DNA from: Candidatus Limnocylindrales bacterium
Lineage (GTDB): Bacteria; Chloroflexota; Limnocylindria; Limnocylindrales; CSP1-4
Direction: 5' to 3'
Length of the DNA: 43,380 nucleotides
Assembly: GCA_036508975.1 (NCBI GenBank)
Contig: DATCGK010000359.1
Coordinates: forward strand, 1-43,380
Both the position numbers and the translations under genes were made by a program. Positions 10,700 to 19,572 of this stretch are shown piece by piece. Position 1 is the stretch's first letter. Every line of letters begins with the position of its first letter. Under the pieces are notes generated by a model. The model made no database searches and had not been told where the DNA came from. It worked only from the letters and a program-made list of their open reading frames with translations.

Positions 10700-11388
10700 A
10701 CGTGGTCGTCCTCCTCGGCGCTCCTGGCGCAGGGAAGGGCACCCAGGCTCCGTTGCTCGCAACCCGCCTCGGCATCCCGGTGATCTCCACCGGGGACCTG
10801 TTCCGGGCGGCTGTGCGCGATGGGACCGACCTGGGGCAGGAAGCCCGTCACTACATGGACGCCGGGCAGCTCGTCCCCGACGAGATCACGGTCCGGCTCC
10901 TGCTGGACCGGCTCGACCAGCCGGACGCGGCGGCCGGGGTGATCCTCGACGGGTTTCCGCGGACGAGCGTCCAGGCGGCGGCCCTCGACCGGGCGCTCGC
11001 CGAGCGGGAGGCCTGGGTGAAGGCGGTCGTCCTCGTGGACGTCCCGCTCGCGGAGCTGGTTCGGCGCATGTCCGGCCGGTGGATCTGCCGAGCGGCCGGT
11101 CACCCGTACCACGAGACCTCCAGCCCACCGCATGTCGCGGGTGTCTGTGACCTCGACGGATCCGAGCTGTACCAGCGCGTCGACGATCATCCCGACACGA
11201 TCCGGGCGCGCATGGACCAGCAGCTGGGCGCCCTCGCCGAGGTGATCGACCACTACCGGACGGCCGGCGTCCTGCGCACGGTGAACGGTCTCCAGGAGAT
11301 CGAGCTGGTGGCAGCGGCCATCAACCGCGTGATGGCGGAGGCGGACATCCACCCCGTCGGGGCGCCGGGGGAGCGCGCGGCGGGCTGA
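10696..11388 (+). CDS. adk: Adenylate kinase
   Basis: GTG at 10696 (GTGA overlap with secY) in the frame of ORF 9253-11388. P-loop GAPGAGKGTQ and the LID segment are present. Confidence 0.95.
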   Translation: MNVVVLLGAPGAGKGTQAPLLATRLGIPVISTGDLFRAAVRDGTDLGQEARHYMDAGQLVPDEITVRLLLDRLDQPDAAAGVILDGFPRTSVQAAALDRALAEREAWVKAVVLVDVPLAELVRRMSGRWICRAAGHPYHETSSPPHVAGVCDLDGSELYQRVDDHPDTIRARMDQQLGALAEVIDHYRTAGVLRTVNGLQEIELVAAAINRVMAEADIHPVGAPGERAAG

Positions 11389-12188
11389 TGCAGATCACGA
11401 CCAAGTCGAAGGAGCAGATCGCCAAGATGCGGTCTGCCGGGCGCATCGTTGCCGAGGTGCTGGCTCTGGTGGAGGAGTCCCTCAGGCCGGGCATCTCCAC
11501 CGCGGAGCTGGACCGCCTCGCCGACCGGCACATCCGGGCCGCCGGGGGGACGCCGTCCTTCGTCGGGTACCTCGCGTCGAGCGGCACCTACGATCCGGGC
11601 AACCCGCGGGCGTACCCGGCCTCGACCTGCATCTCCGTCGACCACGAGATCGTCCACGGGATCCCGGGTGACCGGGAGATCAGGCAGGGGCAGGTCGTCT
11701 CGGTCGACGTGGGCGCCATCTACGACGGCTGGCACGGCGACGGCGCCCGCACGTTCATCTGCGGGGGCGAGGCGGCCGGCAGCGCGGCGGCGGTCAGCCT
11801 GGTCCAGACGACGCGCCTGTCGCTGATGGCCGGGATCGCGGCCGCCCGGCCGGGCAACCGGATCGGCGACATCTCGGCCGCGGTCGAGGACGTCGCGGTC
11901 GCCGGAGGCTTCGGCATCGTCCGCGGGTACGGTGGACACGGCATCGGCACCTCGATGCACGAGCCGCCGCACGTTCTCAACTTCCGTACCCGCGACGCGG
12001 GCATGAAGCTGGTCCCGGGCCACTGCCTGGCCATCGAGCCGATGCTCGTCATGGGCAACGAGGCAACCCGCGTCCTGGCGGACCGCTGGACGGTCGTGAC
12101 GGCCGACAAGTCGCTGGCGGCACATTTCGAGCACACCATCGCGATCACCGGCGACGGGCCCCAGATCCTGACGTCGGTCGTGGGGTGA
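11388..12188 (+). CDS. map: Type I methionine aminopeptidase
   Basis: 266 aa with metal ligand context (VDVGAIYDGWHGD, GHGIG, EPM). Confidence 0.96.
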   Translation: MQITTKSKEQIAKMRSAGRIVAEVLALVEESLRPGISTAELDRLADRHIRAAGGTPSFVGYLASSGTYDPGNPRAYPASTCISVDHEIVHGIPGDREIRQGQVVSVDVGAIYDGWHGDGARTFICGGEAAGSAAAVSLVQTTRLSLMAGIAAARPGNRIGDISAAVEDVAVAGGFGIVRGYGGHGIGTSMHEPPHVLNFRTRDAGMKLVPGHCLAIEPMLVMGNEATRVLADRWTVVTADKSLAAHFEHTIAITGDGPQILTSVVG

Positions 12189-12196
12189 GCGGGGTG

Positions 12197-12225
12197 TTGT
12201 CGAATCCGGTTGTGTTTGATATCCT
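12197..12225 (+). promoter_or_regulatory. Candidate sigma-70-type promoter for infA-rpmJ-rpsM
   Basis: TTGTCG (12197-12202), a 17-nt spacer, then TATCCT (12220-12225), in the 99-nt map-infA gap. Confidence 0.3.
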
Positions 12226-12237
12226 CACCGTTCGTGT

Positions 12238-12257
12238 GTCGGCCCAGCAGGGCCGAC
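12238..12257 (+). other. Stem-loop in the infA 5' leader
   Basis: GTCGGCCC-agca-GGGCCGAC: perfect 8-bp stem with a 4-nt loop, about 30 nt upstream of the infA start. Confidence 0.4.
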
Positions 12258-12287
12258 TCATGTGCTGAGAAGGACCAGGGAGCAAGG

Positions 12288-12506
12288 TTGGCGAAGAAGG
12301 ACGCGATCGAAGTCGAAGGAACCGTGATCGAGCCGCTGCCGAACACCATGTTCTCGGTGGAGCTTGAGAACGGCCATCGCGTCCTCGCGCACATCAGCGG
12401 GAAGCTCCGGATGAACTTCATCCGGATCCTGCCCGGGGACCGGGTCCGTGTCGAACTGTCTCCCTACGACCTCACTCGGGGTCGAATCACCTACCGTCTG
12501 AAGTAG
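12288..12506 (+). CDS. infA: Translation initiation factor IF-1
   Basis: TTG start at 12288 (AGGGAG SD upstream). 72 aa, [52 protein letters not shown].... Confidence 0.95.
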   Translation: MAKKDAIEVEGTVIEPLPNTMFSVELENGHRVLAHISGKLRMNFIRILPGDRVRVELSPYDLTRGRITYRLK

Positions 12507-12518
12507 TCGAGGAACCCG

Positions 12519-12632
12519 GTGAAGGTCAGAGCGTCCGTCAAGACGCGGTGTGACAACTGCAAGGTCATCCGGCGCCACGGCACCGTGATGGTCATCTGCG
12601 CGAATCCCAAGCACAAGCAGCGGCAGGGCTGA
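12519..12632 (+). CDS. rpmJ: 50S ribosomal protein L36 (zinc form)
   Basis: Not in the ORF track because it is too short. GTG at 12519; [37 protein letters not shown], 37 aa. Confidence 0.95.
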   Translation: MKVRASVKTRCDNCKVIRRHGTVMVICANPKHKQRQG

Positions 12633-12636
12633 CGCG

Positions 12637-13011
<375 letters not shown>

Positions 13012-13028
13012 CGAGGAACCGCTAAGGC

Positions 13029-13424
13029 ATGGCCGATCGAAAGCGCGCCGTCAAGCAGCGGCACCGGGAGCGGAAGAACGTCCCCCAGGGACACGTCCAC
13101 ATTCTGGCGAGCTTCAACAACACGATCGTGACGATCACGGATCTCACCGGGAATGTCATCTCGTGGGGTTCCGCTGGCATCGCCGGGTTCAAGGGCTCCC
13201 GGAAGAGCACGCCGTATGCTGCCGCGCTTGCGGCGGATGGAGCGGCACGCCGCGCCATGGAGCACGGCATGCGCCAGGTCGAGGTCTACGTCAAGGGACC
13301 CGGCGCCGGTCGGGAGCAGGCCATCCGGTCGCTCCAGGCTGCCGGACTCGAGGTGAGCGCGATCACCGACGTCACGCCCATCCCTCACAACGGATGCCGC
13401 CCGCCCAAGCGGCGCCGCGTCTGA
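13029..13424 (+). CDS. rpsK: 30S ribosomal protein S11
   Basis: 131 aa, [18 protein letters not shown]...[12 protein letters not shown]. Confidence 0.98.
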   Translation: MADRKRAVKQRHRERKNVPQGHVHILASFNNTIVTITDLTGNVISWGSAGIAGFKGSRKSTPYAAALAADGAARRAMEHGMRQVEVYVKGPGAGREQAIRSLQAAGLEVSAITDVTPIPHNGCRPPKRRRV

Positions 13425-13437
13425 GCACCGAGAGACC

Positions 13438-14064
13438 ATGGCCCGTTACACCGACCCCGTCTGCCGGCTCTGCCGCCGCGAAGGGCTGAAGCTCTTCCTC
13501 AAGGGCAGCCGCTGCTATACCAAGAAGTGTTCGTTCGAGCGGCGCCCCACGCCGCCGGGACAGCATGGCGTCCGCCGCCGGAAGGTGGGCGACTACGGCC
13601 TCCAGCTTCGCGAGAAGCAGAAGGTCCGCCGGGTCTACGGCGTGCTCGAGAAGCAGTTCCGCAACTACTTCGTCGAGGCGACGCAGCACTCGGGCGTCAC
13701 CGGAGAGGCCCTGCTGCGCTCCCTCGAGCAGCGTCTCGACAACGTCGTCTTCCGCCTCGGGTTCGCCCCGTCGCGGCCGGCGGCTCGTCAGATGGTCACC
13801 CACGGCCACTTCGCCGTGAACGGCGTCCCGACGAACATCCCCTCCTACCGCGTCAGGATCGGCGACAAGGTCGAGGTGCGCGTGTCGCATCGCGAGCGTG
13901 AGCTGTTCAAGGTCGCCAAGGAGACGCTCCGAAACCACCAGGCACCCGACTGGCTGAGCCTCGACGCGGCGAACCTCGCCGGGTCCGTCCTGGCGATGCC
14001 GCGTCGCGACCAGATGCCGCTCGACTTCAACGAGCAGCTCGTGGTCGAGTATTACTCGAGGTAG
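13438..14064 (+). CDS. rpsD: 30S ribosomal protein S4 (Cys4 form)
   Basis: 208 aa, MARYTDPVCRLCRREGLKLFLKGSRCYTKKC...; S4 RNA-binding domain. Confidence 0.98.
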   Translation: MARYTDPVCRLCRREGLKLFLKGSRCYTKKCSFERRPTPPGQHGVRRRKVGDYGLQLREKQKVRRVYGVLEKQFRNYFVEATQHSGVTGEALLRSLEQRLDNVVFRLGFAPSRPAARQMVTHGHFAVNGVPTNIPSYRVRIGDKVEVRVSHRERELFKVAKETLRNHQAPDWLSLDAANLAGSVLAMPRRDQMPLDFNEQLVVEYYSR

Positions 14065-14073
14065 CCGCCCTCC

Positions 14074-15063
14074 ATGATCGAACTCGAGTCCCCGCAGATC
14101 GAGCCCGTCGCGGAGGCCGGCACGTACGCGAAGTACGAAGCCAGCCCGCTGCAGGCCGGATATGGCGTCACCCTCGGCAACGCGCTCCGGCGCGTGCTGC
14201 TCTCGTCCCTCGAGGGCGCGGCTGTGACGTCGATCCAGGTCCGTGACGTGTACCAGGAGTTCTCGACGATCCCCGGCGTCAAGGAAGACGTCACCCAGAT
14301 CGTCCTGAACGTGAAGAAGCTCCGCCTCAAGAGCTTCGCCGCCCACCCGGTCCAGCTCAGGCTCATCAAGAGCGGCGCCGGTCCGGTCCTCGCAGCCGAT
14401 ATCGCCGAGTCCGCCGACATCGAGATCGTCAGCCCCGAGCTCGTCCTCATGACGATCGACTCGGACGACGTGACGATCGAGATGGACCTCACCGTCGAGC
14501 GCGGCGTCGGCTACCTCGCCGCCGAGCGGTCCGAGGCGCTGCCGATCGGCGTGATCGCGGTCGACGCGATCTTCACGCCGGTCCGGAAGGTCAACTACTG
14601 GGTCGAGAGCACGCGGGTTGGCCAGATGACCAACTTCGACAAGCTCACCCTCGAGATCGAGACCGACGGCACGATCACCCCCGAGGAGGCGCTCTCGCGC
14701 TCCGCGGACATCCTCGTGCACCAGTTCCAGCCGTTCGTGACGATCGGTGTCCAGGCCGTTGCGCCGGACCGGGCCGTCGCCGGTGTCCCGCAGCTTCCTG
14801 CGAACATGGTGGACATGCCGATCGAGGAGCTCGACCTGCCGATGCGGGCGTACAACTCGCTGAAGCGGAACAACATCGTCAAGGTTGGCCAGCTGCTGCA
14901 GCTCAAGGACGAGGATCTCCTCCGCATGCGCAACTTCGGCAAGAAGTCGCTGGACGAGATGAAGGAGCGCCTTCGCATGCGCGGCTTCATCCTCCCGGAG
15001 ACAGAGTCCGACGGCGCCCTGGACGACGAGGAGCCGTTGGTCGGCGACGAGGAGGAGGCCTGA
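14074..15063 (+). CDS. rpoA: DNA-directed RNA polymerase alpha subunit
   Basis: 329 aa; N-terminal domain, and C-terminal domain with LDLPMRAYNSLKRNNIVKVGQLL. Confidence 0.98.
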   Translation: MIELESPQIEPVAEAGTYAKYEASPLQAGYGVTLGNALRRVLLSSLEGAAVTSIQVRDVYQEFSTIPGVKEDVTQIVLNVKKLRLKSFAAHPVQLRLIKSGAGPVLAADIAESADIEIVSPELVLMTIDSDDVTIEMDLTVERGVGYLAAERSEALPIGVIAVDAIFTPVRKVNYWVESTRVGQMTNFDKLTLEIETDGTITPEEALSRSADILVHQFQPFVTIGVQAVAPDRAVAGVPQLPANMVDMPIEELDLPMRAYNSLKRNNIVKVGQLLQLKDEDLLRMRNFGKKSLDEMKERLRMRGFILPETESDGALDDEEPLVGDEEEA

Positions 15064-15066
15064 GCC

Positions 15067-15420
15067 ATGGCCCATCGAATTGACGGGCGCAAGCTCTCGC
15101 GCAAGCGTGGTCCGCGTCTCGCCCTCTACAAGAACCTGACGGTCTCGGTGCTCCGCTACGAGCGGGTGCAGACGACCGAAGCCAAGGCCAAGGAGATCCG
15201 TGGCTACGTGGAGCGCATGATCACGCTCGCGAAGCGCGGGGACCTGGCGGCCCGACGGACGGTCGTGTCGGAGCTCCCGAACGAGCCGCTCGTCGTGAGC
15301 AAGCTGTTCGACGTCATCGCCCCCAAGTACGCCGATCGCCAGTCCGGGTTCACCCGCCTGGTGCACATCGGTCAGCGCAGGGGTGACGCCGCCGAGATCG
15401 TGCAGATCGAGCTGGTCTGA
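15067..15420 (+). CDS. rplQ: 50S ribosomal protein L17
   Basis: 117 aa, MAHRIDGRKLSRKRGPRLAL.... Confidence 0.98.
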   Translation: MAHRIDGRKLSRKRGPRLALYKNLTVSVLRYERVQTTEAKAKEIRGYVERMITLAKRGDLAARRTVVSELPNEPLVVSKLFDVIAPKYADRQSGFTRLVHIGQRRGDAAEIVQIELV

Positions 15421-15553
15421 CCGAGGTTGATCCTTCGCCCAGTTGCCGGATGCGGCGCCAGGCGGACCCGAGCACCGGAGCGAGCGCACCTGAGCGTGCG
15501 TGAGCGAGGAGCAGAGGGTCCAACGCAGCGAAGCGCCCGCAGGTGGGCGACCG

Positions 15554-16357
15554 ATGAGTCTCGGTGATGAGCAGGATGAGCGCCCGAGAGGGCGCGCCGT
15601 GCGCTATCGCGCCCGGTGTGAATACGACGGAACGGACTTCGCGGGCTTCCAGTACCAACAGAACGCCCGCTCGGTCCAGGGAGAACTCGAGACCGCGCTG
15701 GCCCGCCTCTCCGGAGGCGAGCGGGTGGTGGTCGAAGGGGCAGGACGAACCGATACCGGGGTCCATGCCACGGACCAGGTGATTGCCTTCACCTACCGGG
15801 GCAGGCTCTCCGGGGCGGAGCTCCAGCGGGCGGTCAACGCCCGCCTGCCGAGGGATGTCGCGATCCGCGACCTCCGTCGTGCCCCCGGCGGGTTCCGTCC
15901 CCGCTATGCGGCGCGGTACCGGGAGTATCGCTACACCGTCTGGAACGGGCCGCGAAGCCCGCTGCACGAGCGGACAGCGCTCTGGCTGCGGGATCCGCTG
16001 GACATCGACGCCATGGCGAGCGCCGGGTCGGCCTTTCTGGGCCGGCACGACTTCTCGGCCTTCGGCACAACGGACCGGTCCCCGGTCCGGACCGTCTACG
16101 CGGTCCGGGTCCGGAAGGCAGGTAGCCTGGTGACGATCGACGTCAGGGCGAACGCCTTCCTCCGGGGGCAGGTGCGAAGGATGGTGGCAGGCCTCCTGGA
16201 GGTCGGCCTCGGCAAGATGGATGAACACGGACTCCGGGCGGCGCTGGCCGCACGGGGGCCGGCCCTCAATGGAGCAGCCGCCCCGGCCAAGGGACTCTGC
16301 CTCCGGCGCGTCGTCCTCGGGCGACCACCGATGGATGACAAGGAAGACGAGGAATGA
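15554..16357 (+). CDS. truA: tRNA pseudouridine(38-40) synthase TruA
   Basis: [17 protein letters not shown] and GRTDTGVHA (catalytic Asp) motifs. ATG at 15554 has AGGTGG upstream; the ORF is open from GTG 15500, so the start is uncertain. Confidence 0.9.
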   Translation: MSLGDEQDERPRGRAVRYRARCEYDGTDFAGFQYQQNARSVQGELETALARLSGGERVVVEGAGRTDTGVHATDQVIAFTYRGRLSGAELQRAVNARLPRDVAIRDLRRAPGGFRPRYAARYREYRYTVWNGPRSPLHERTALWLRDPLDIDAMASAGSAFLGRHDFSAFGTTDRSPVRTVYAVRVRKAGSLVTIDVRANAFLRGQVRRMVAGLLEVGLGKMDEHGLRAALAARGPALNGAAAPAKGLCLRRVVLGRPPMDDKEDEE

Positions 16358-16785
16358 GCGCGAAGACCTATACGCCTCGAGAGAGCGAGATCGAGCGACG
16401 CTGGTACGTCGTCGACGCGACGGACGAGACGCTCGGCCGCCTTGCGACGCGGATCGCGCGCGTTCTCGAGGGCAAGAACAAGCCCACCTACGCCCCGCAC
16501 ATGGACACGGGCGACCACGTCATCGTGCTCAACGCGTCCCGGATCACGGTGACCCGCGACAAGATGACGTCCAAGGTCTATGCCCGGCACAGCGGCTATC
16601 CCGGCGGGTTCAAGGAGGAGACGCTCGGTCACCTTCTCAACCGCCGCCCGGAGGAGGTCATCCGCCGGACCGTGAAGGGGATGCTGCCGCACAACCGGCT
16701 GGGAACCCAGATGCTTCGGAAGCTCAAGGTCTATGCGGGGAACGAACATCCGCACCAGGCCCAAAAGCCCGAGCCGCTTGTCTGA
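16354..16785 (+). CDS. rplM: 50S ribosomal protein L13
   Basis: 143 aa, [18 protein letters not shown]...; ATGA overlap with truA. Confidence 0.98.
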   Translation: MSAKTYTPRESEIERRWYVVDATDETLGRLATRIARVLEGKNKPTYAPHMDTGDHVIVLNASRITVTRDKMTSKVYARHSGYPGGFKEETLGHLLNRRPEEVIRRTVKGMLPHNRLGTQMLRKLKVYAGNEHPHQAQKPEPLV

Positions 16786-16798
16786 TCGAGGAGCCCTG

Positions 16799-17197
16799 AT
16801 GTCGACGCCCGCGTTCTACTGGGGCACCGGCCGCCGCAAGACGGCGGTTGCCCGAGTGCGCCTCATTCCCGGTGAGGGCCAGATGGTCATCAACGGGCGG
16901 ACCCCGGAGGAGCACTTCGGCGGCATCCTTGGTGAGGCGGAACTCTTCCTCCCGTTCCGGGTCACCGGGACCGAGGGCCGCTACAACACGCTGATCAAGG
17001 TCGAGGGCGGTGGCACCACCGGCCAGTCCGGCGCCATCCGTCACGGGATCGCCCGGGCCCTTCTCCAGTCCGACCCCGAGTCGTTCCGGCTCCCGCTGCG
17101 CCAGGCCGGTCTGCTCACCCGCGACCCGCGGATGAAGGAGCGGAAGAAGTACGGCCTCAAGCGAGCCCGGAAGGCCCCGCAGTACACCAAGCGCTAG
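16799..17197 (+). CDS. rpsI: 30S ribosomal protein S9
   Basis: ATG at 16799 in ORF 16733-17197; [12 protein letters not shown]...[17 protein letters not shown]. Confidence 0.97.
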   Translation: MSTPAFYWGTGRRKTAVARVRLIPGEGQMVINGRTPEEHFGGILGEAELFLPFRVTGTEGRYNTLIKVEGGGTTGQSGAIRHGIARALLQSDPESFRLPLRQAGLLTRDPRMKERKKYGLKRARKAPQYTKR

Positions 17198-17506
<309 letters not shown>

Positions 17507-17539
17507 GGCGACAAGCGGGAGGGCGGAGGCGACAGCGGG

Positions 17540-18553
17540 ATGAGCAGCGAGGCCCTGTACGAGCGCTACAAGGACGCGCTGAAGCGCGGCCACGTCGCGT
17601 CGCTTCGCGGGCGCACCGACGACGCCCTCGCCGCGTACGCCGAGGCGGCCGCGATCGCGCCCGAGCGCTCCACCCCGCATACGAGCGCCGGGACGGCGCT
17701 GCTGCGCCGCGAGCGGCCGGCCGACGCCCTCCGCTACTACGACGTCGCCCTCCGGATCTCCGCTGGCGATGAGGCCGCGCTGCTTGGCCGGGCGCAGGCT
17801 CTCGCCGTCCTCGATCGACGGGCCGAGGCCGCCGACGCCTTCGATGCGCTGGCGGAGTCGCGCGCCCTCTCGGGCAAGCTCGCCGATGCGGTTGACGCCG
17901 CCCGCCGCGGCCTGGAGCTGGCGGAGGGCCGTGATCGCCGGGGCACCCTGGAGCGCCTGATCAGGCGGCTCCGGGGCACGGAGCCGGGCGAACCCGGACG
18001 GGTCGCGCTCGAACGTGCTCTCCAGGTGCTGGAAGGGCAGGCCGTCCCACCGGGTGCGAGGCCCGCCCCGGAGGCGGGTGACGCGGCTGCGCCGGAGACT
18101 GGGCCCGAGCCGGAACCCGAACCCGAACCGGAACCCGAGCCCGAGCCGGAACCCCAACCCGAGCCGGAACCCCAACCCGAACCCGAGCCGGCCTATCGCC
18201 GCGCCCTCGACCGCGACCTCGCTGCCGACCTGGAGGCCGCGGCGCTGGCGGTGCGAGCCGACGCGGCCGTTGACGCGGGGATCCCCGTGTCCGCTCTCGA
18301 GAGCCTGATGGATCTCGCCGCAGCCCACCGGCGCGACGGGCAGATCGACGCAGCGCTCGACGCGTGCTACCTCGCCCTGTCCATCGATCCGGACGATGTG
18401 GGCCTCCACCTCGCGCTGGTCGAGCTGTACGACGAGCGTGGCTGGGCGGTCCTCGCGGCGGACAAGCTGGACCTGCTGGCGGAGTTGGCGGAGCTGGATG
18501 GCGACGCGGAGGCCATCGCGCGGATCGTTGCCGCGAGGAACGACCGGGGCTGA
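17540..18553 (+). CDS. TPR-like repeat protein with an internal (PE)n linker
   Basis: 337 aa. Ala/Leu-rich helical repeats of TPR type (ALAAYAEAAAIAPE, ALRYYDVALRI, ALDACYLALSIDPDD) flank a PEPEPEPEPEPEPEPEPQPEPEPQPEPEP segment. Confidence 0.7.
   Translation: MSSEALYERYKDALKRGHVASLRGRTDDALAAYAEAAAIAPERSTPHTSAGTALLRRERPADALRYYDVALRISAGDEAALLGRAQALAVLDRRAEAADAFDALAESRALSGKLADAVDAARRGLELAEGRDRRGTLERLIRRLRGTEPGEPGRVALERALQVLEGQAVPPGARPAPEAGDAAAPETGPEPEPEPEPEPEPEPEPQPEPEPQPEPEPAYRRALDRDLAADLEAAALAVRADAAVDAGIPVSALESLMDLAAAHRRDGQIDAALDACYLALSIDPDDVGLHLALVELYDERGWAVLAADKLDLLAELAELDGDAEAIARIVAARNDRG
18104..18190 (+). repeat. Hexanucleotide microsatellite (CCSGAR)n encoding (PE)n, inside the TPR gene
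   Basis: About 14 consecutive ccg/ccc-gaa/gag units, including an 18-bp sub-repeat gagccggaaccccaaccc x2. Confidence 0.9.
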
Positions 18554-18580
18554 CGGGTGGTTTGACCCAGTGCCCCGACT

Positions 18581-18608
18581 CCAGCCGGGGGCGACCAGCC
18601 GGGGGCGG
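18581..18608 (+). repeat. 14-bp tandem duplication in the TPR-cdaA intergenic region
   Basis: ccagccgggggcga / ccagccgggggcgg (13/14 identical), just upstream of the candidate cdaA promoter. Confidence 0.85.
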
Positions 18609-18621
18609 CCCCGGAACCCGG

Positions 18622-18630
18622 TGTTACACT
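18622..18630 (+). promoter_or_regulatory. Candidate extended -10 promoter for a leaderless or near-leaderless cdaA transcript
   Basis: TGtTACACT, with the -10 ending 9 nt before the cdaA ATG (18640). No usable SD in between. Confidence 0.35.
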
Positions 18631-18639
18631 CGCCGGAAG

Positions 18640-19572
18640 ATGCCCCAGTTCGTCGATTCACTCGTCCGGCAGATCACGCCGGCGACCGTCCTCGACATCT
18701 CCATCACGGCGCTGTTCATCTACTGGATGTTCAGCCTGATCCGTGGCACGCGCGCCGTCACCCTGGTCCTGGGCGTCACGATCCTGTTCGGCATCTACGC
18801 CCTCGCCCAGTTCCTGGAGCTCCGGCTGTTCACCCAGATCCTGCAGGCCGGCGCCGTCGTGGGCCTGTTCGCGCTGGTGGTGGTCTTCCAGCCGGAGCTG
18901 CGCCGTGCGCTGGAGCGGATCGGTCGGGTGGGCACGCTCGGGTGGCTGTTTGCGCCGGCGGCCGAGCGGCGGGTCGGGCATGTCGCCCACGAGGTCTCCC
19001 GGGCCGCCGGCATGCTGTCACGCGACGGGCGTGGTGCCCTGATCGTGCTGGAGCGCGAAACTGGCCTCGAGGAGATCGCCGAGACCGGCGTGATGCTGCA
19101 CTCGGACCTGTCGCACGAGCTCCTGTGCACGATCTTCATGCCCCGCACCGAGCTCCACGATGGCGCCGTGATCATCCGCGGCGATTCCGTCGTGGCCGCC
19201 GCGGCTCTCCTTCCGCTCACCGAGATGACGCTCTCCGAGCGCTTCGGGACGCGTCACCGGGCCGCCCTCGGGATCACCGAGGACACGGACGCGGTGGCCG
19301 TCGTGGTCTCCGAGGAGAACGGCCAGATGAGCGTGGTGGAGCGGGCGCGGATCGTGCGGGTCCCGACCGAGGCCCAGCTGGAGCGGGCCCTGATCGCGCT
19401 GCTCGAGGCGCCCACCGTTTCGGGCGGCCTGGGTCGCGGTGGACCCGGCGGCCGGCGGTCGGCGGGCCGGCTCCGCATCGTGCGCCGCCGAGGCCGCGGT
19501 GACGCGCCGCCTGCCACCGGGACGGACCAGCCGGACAAGGAAGGGACGGCCGCGGCCGTGCCGAACGCATGA
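18640..19572 (+). CDS. cdaA: Diadenylate cyclase CdaA (membrane-anchored DAC domain)
   Basis: ATG at 18640 in ORF 18364-19572. Three N-terminal TM helices; DAC motifs HDGAVII and GTRHRAALGITEDTDAVAVVVSEENG; basic, disordered C-terminal tail. Confidence 0.92.
   Translation: MPQFVDSLVRQITPATVLDISITALFIYWMFSLIRGTRAVTLVLGVTILFGIYALAQFLELRLFTQILQAGAVVGLFALVVVFQPELRRALERIGRVGTLGWLFAPAAERRVGHVAHEVSRAAGMLSRDGRGALIVLERETGLEEIAETGVMLHSDLSHELLCTIFMPRTELHDGAVIIRGDSVVAAAALLPLTEMTLSERFGTRHRAALGITEDTDAVAVVVSEENGQMSVVERARIVRVPTEAQLERALIALLEAPTVSGGLGRGGPGGRRSAGRLRIVRRRGRGDAPPATGTDQPDKEGTAAAVPNA

Noticed and set aside
11040-11180. The adenylate kinase LID has only two of the four usual Cys (C-R-A-A ... C-D-L-D).
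   Set aside because: Zinc-free and partly degenerate LID variants are common among bacterial Adk proteins, so this is not unusual.
9253-11388. A 711-aa + strand ORF spanning secY and adk.
   Set aside because: Only the last 230 codons (from GTG 10696) encode adenylate kinase. The upstream part is an out-of-frame, Arg/Pro-rich read-through across secY.
12195-12212. GTCGAATCC, resembling a tRNA T-loop (GGTTCGAATCC), in the map-infA gap.
   Set aside because: No flanking T-stem, acceptor or anticodon arm pairing can be drawn. The sequence overlaps the candidate -35 region.
13372-15489. Very long antisense ORFs opposite conserved genes: 13372-15489 (-), 16724-18661 (-), 27000-29711 (-), 32882-35086 (-), 34032-36014 (-), 31792-33543 (-) and 41743-43380 (-).
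   Set aside because: They lie opposite unmistakable conserved genes (rpsD/rpoA, tsaD, rsmA and others). Their translations are rich in R, P, G and A with no motifs. Long stop-free antisense frames are expected at about 70% GC.
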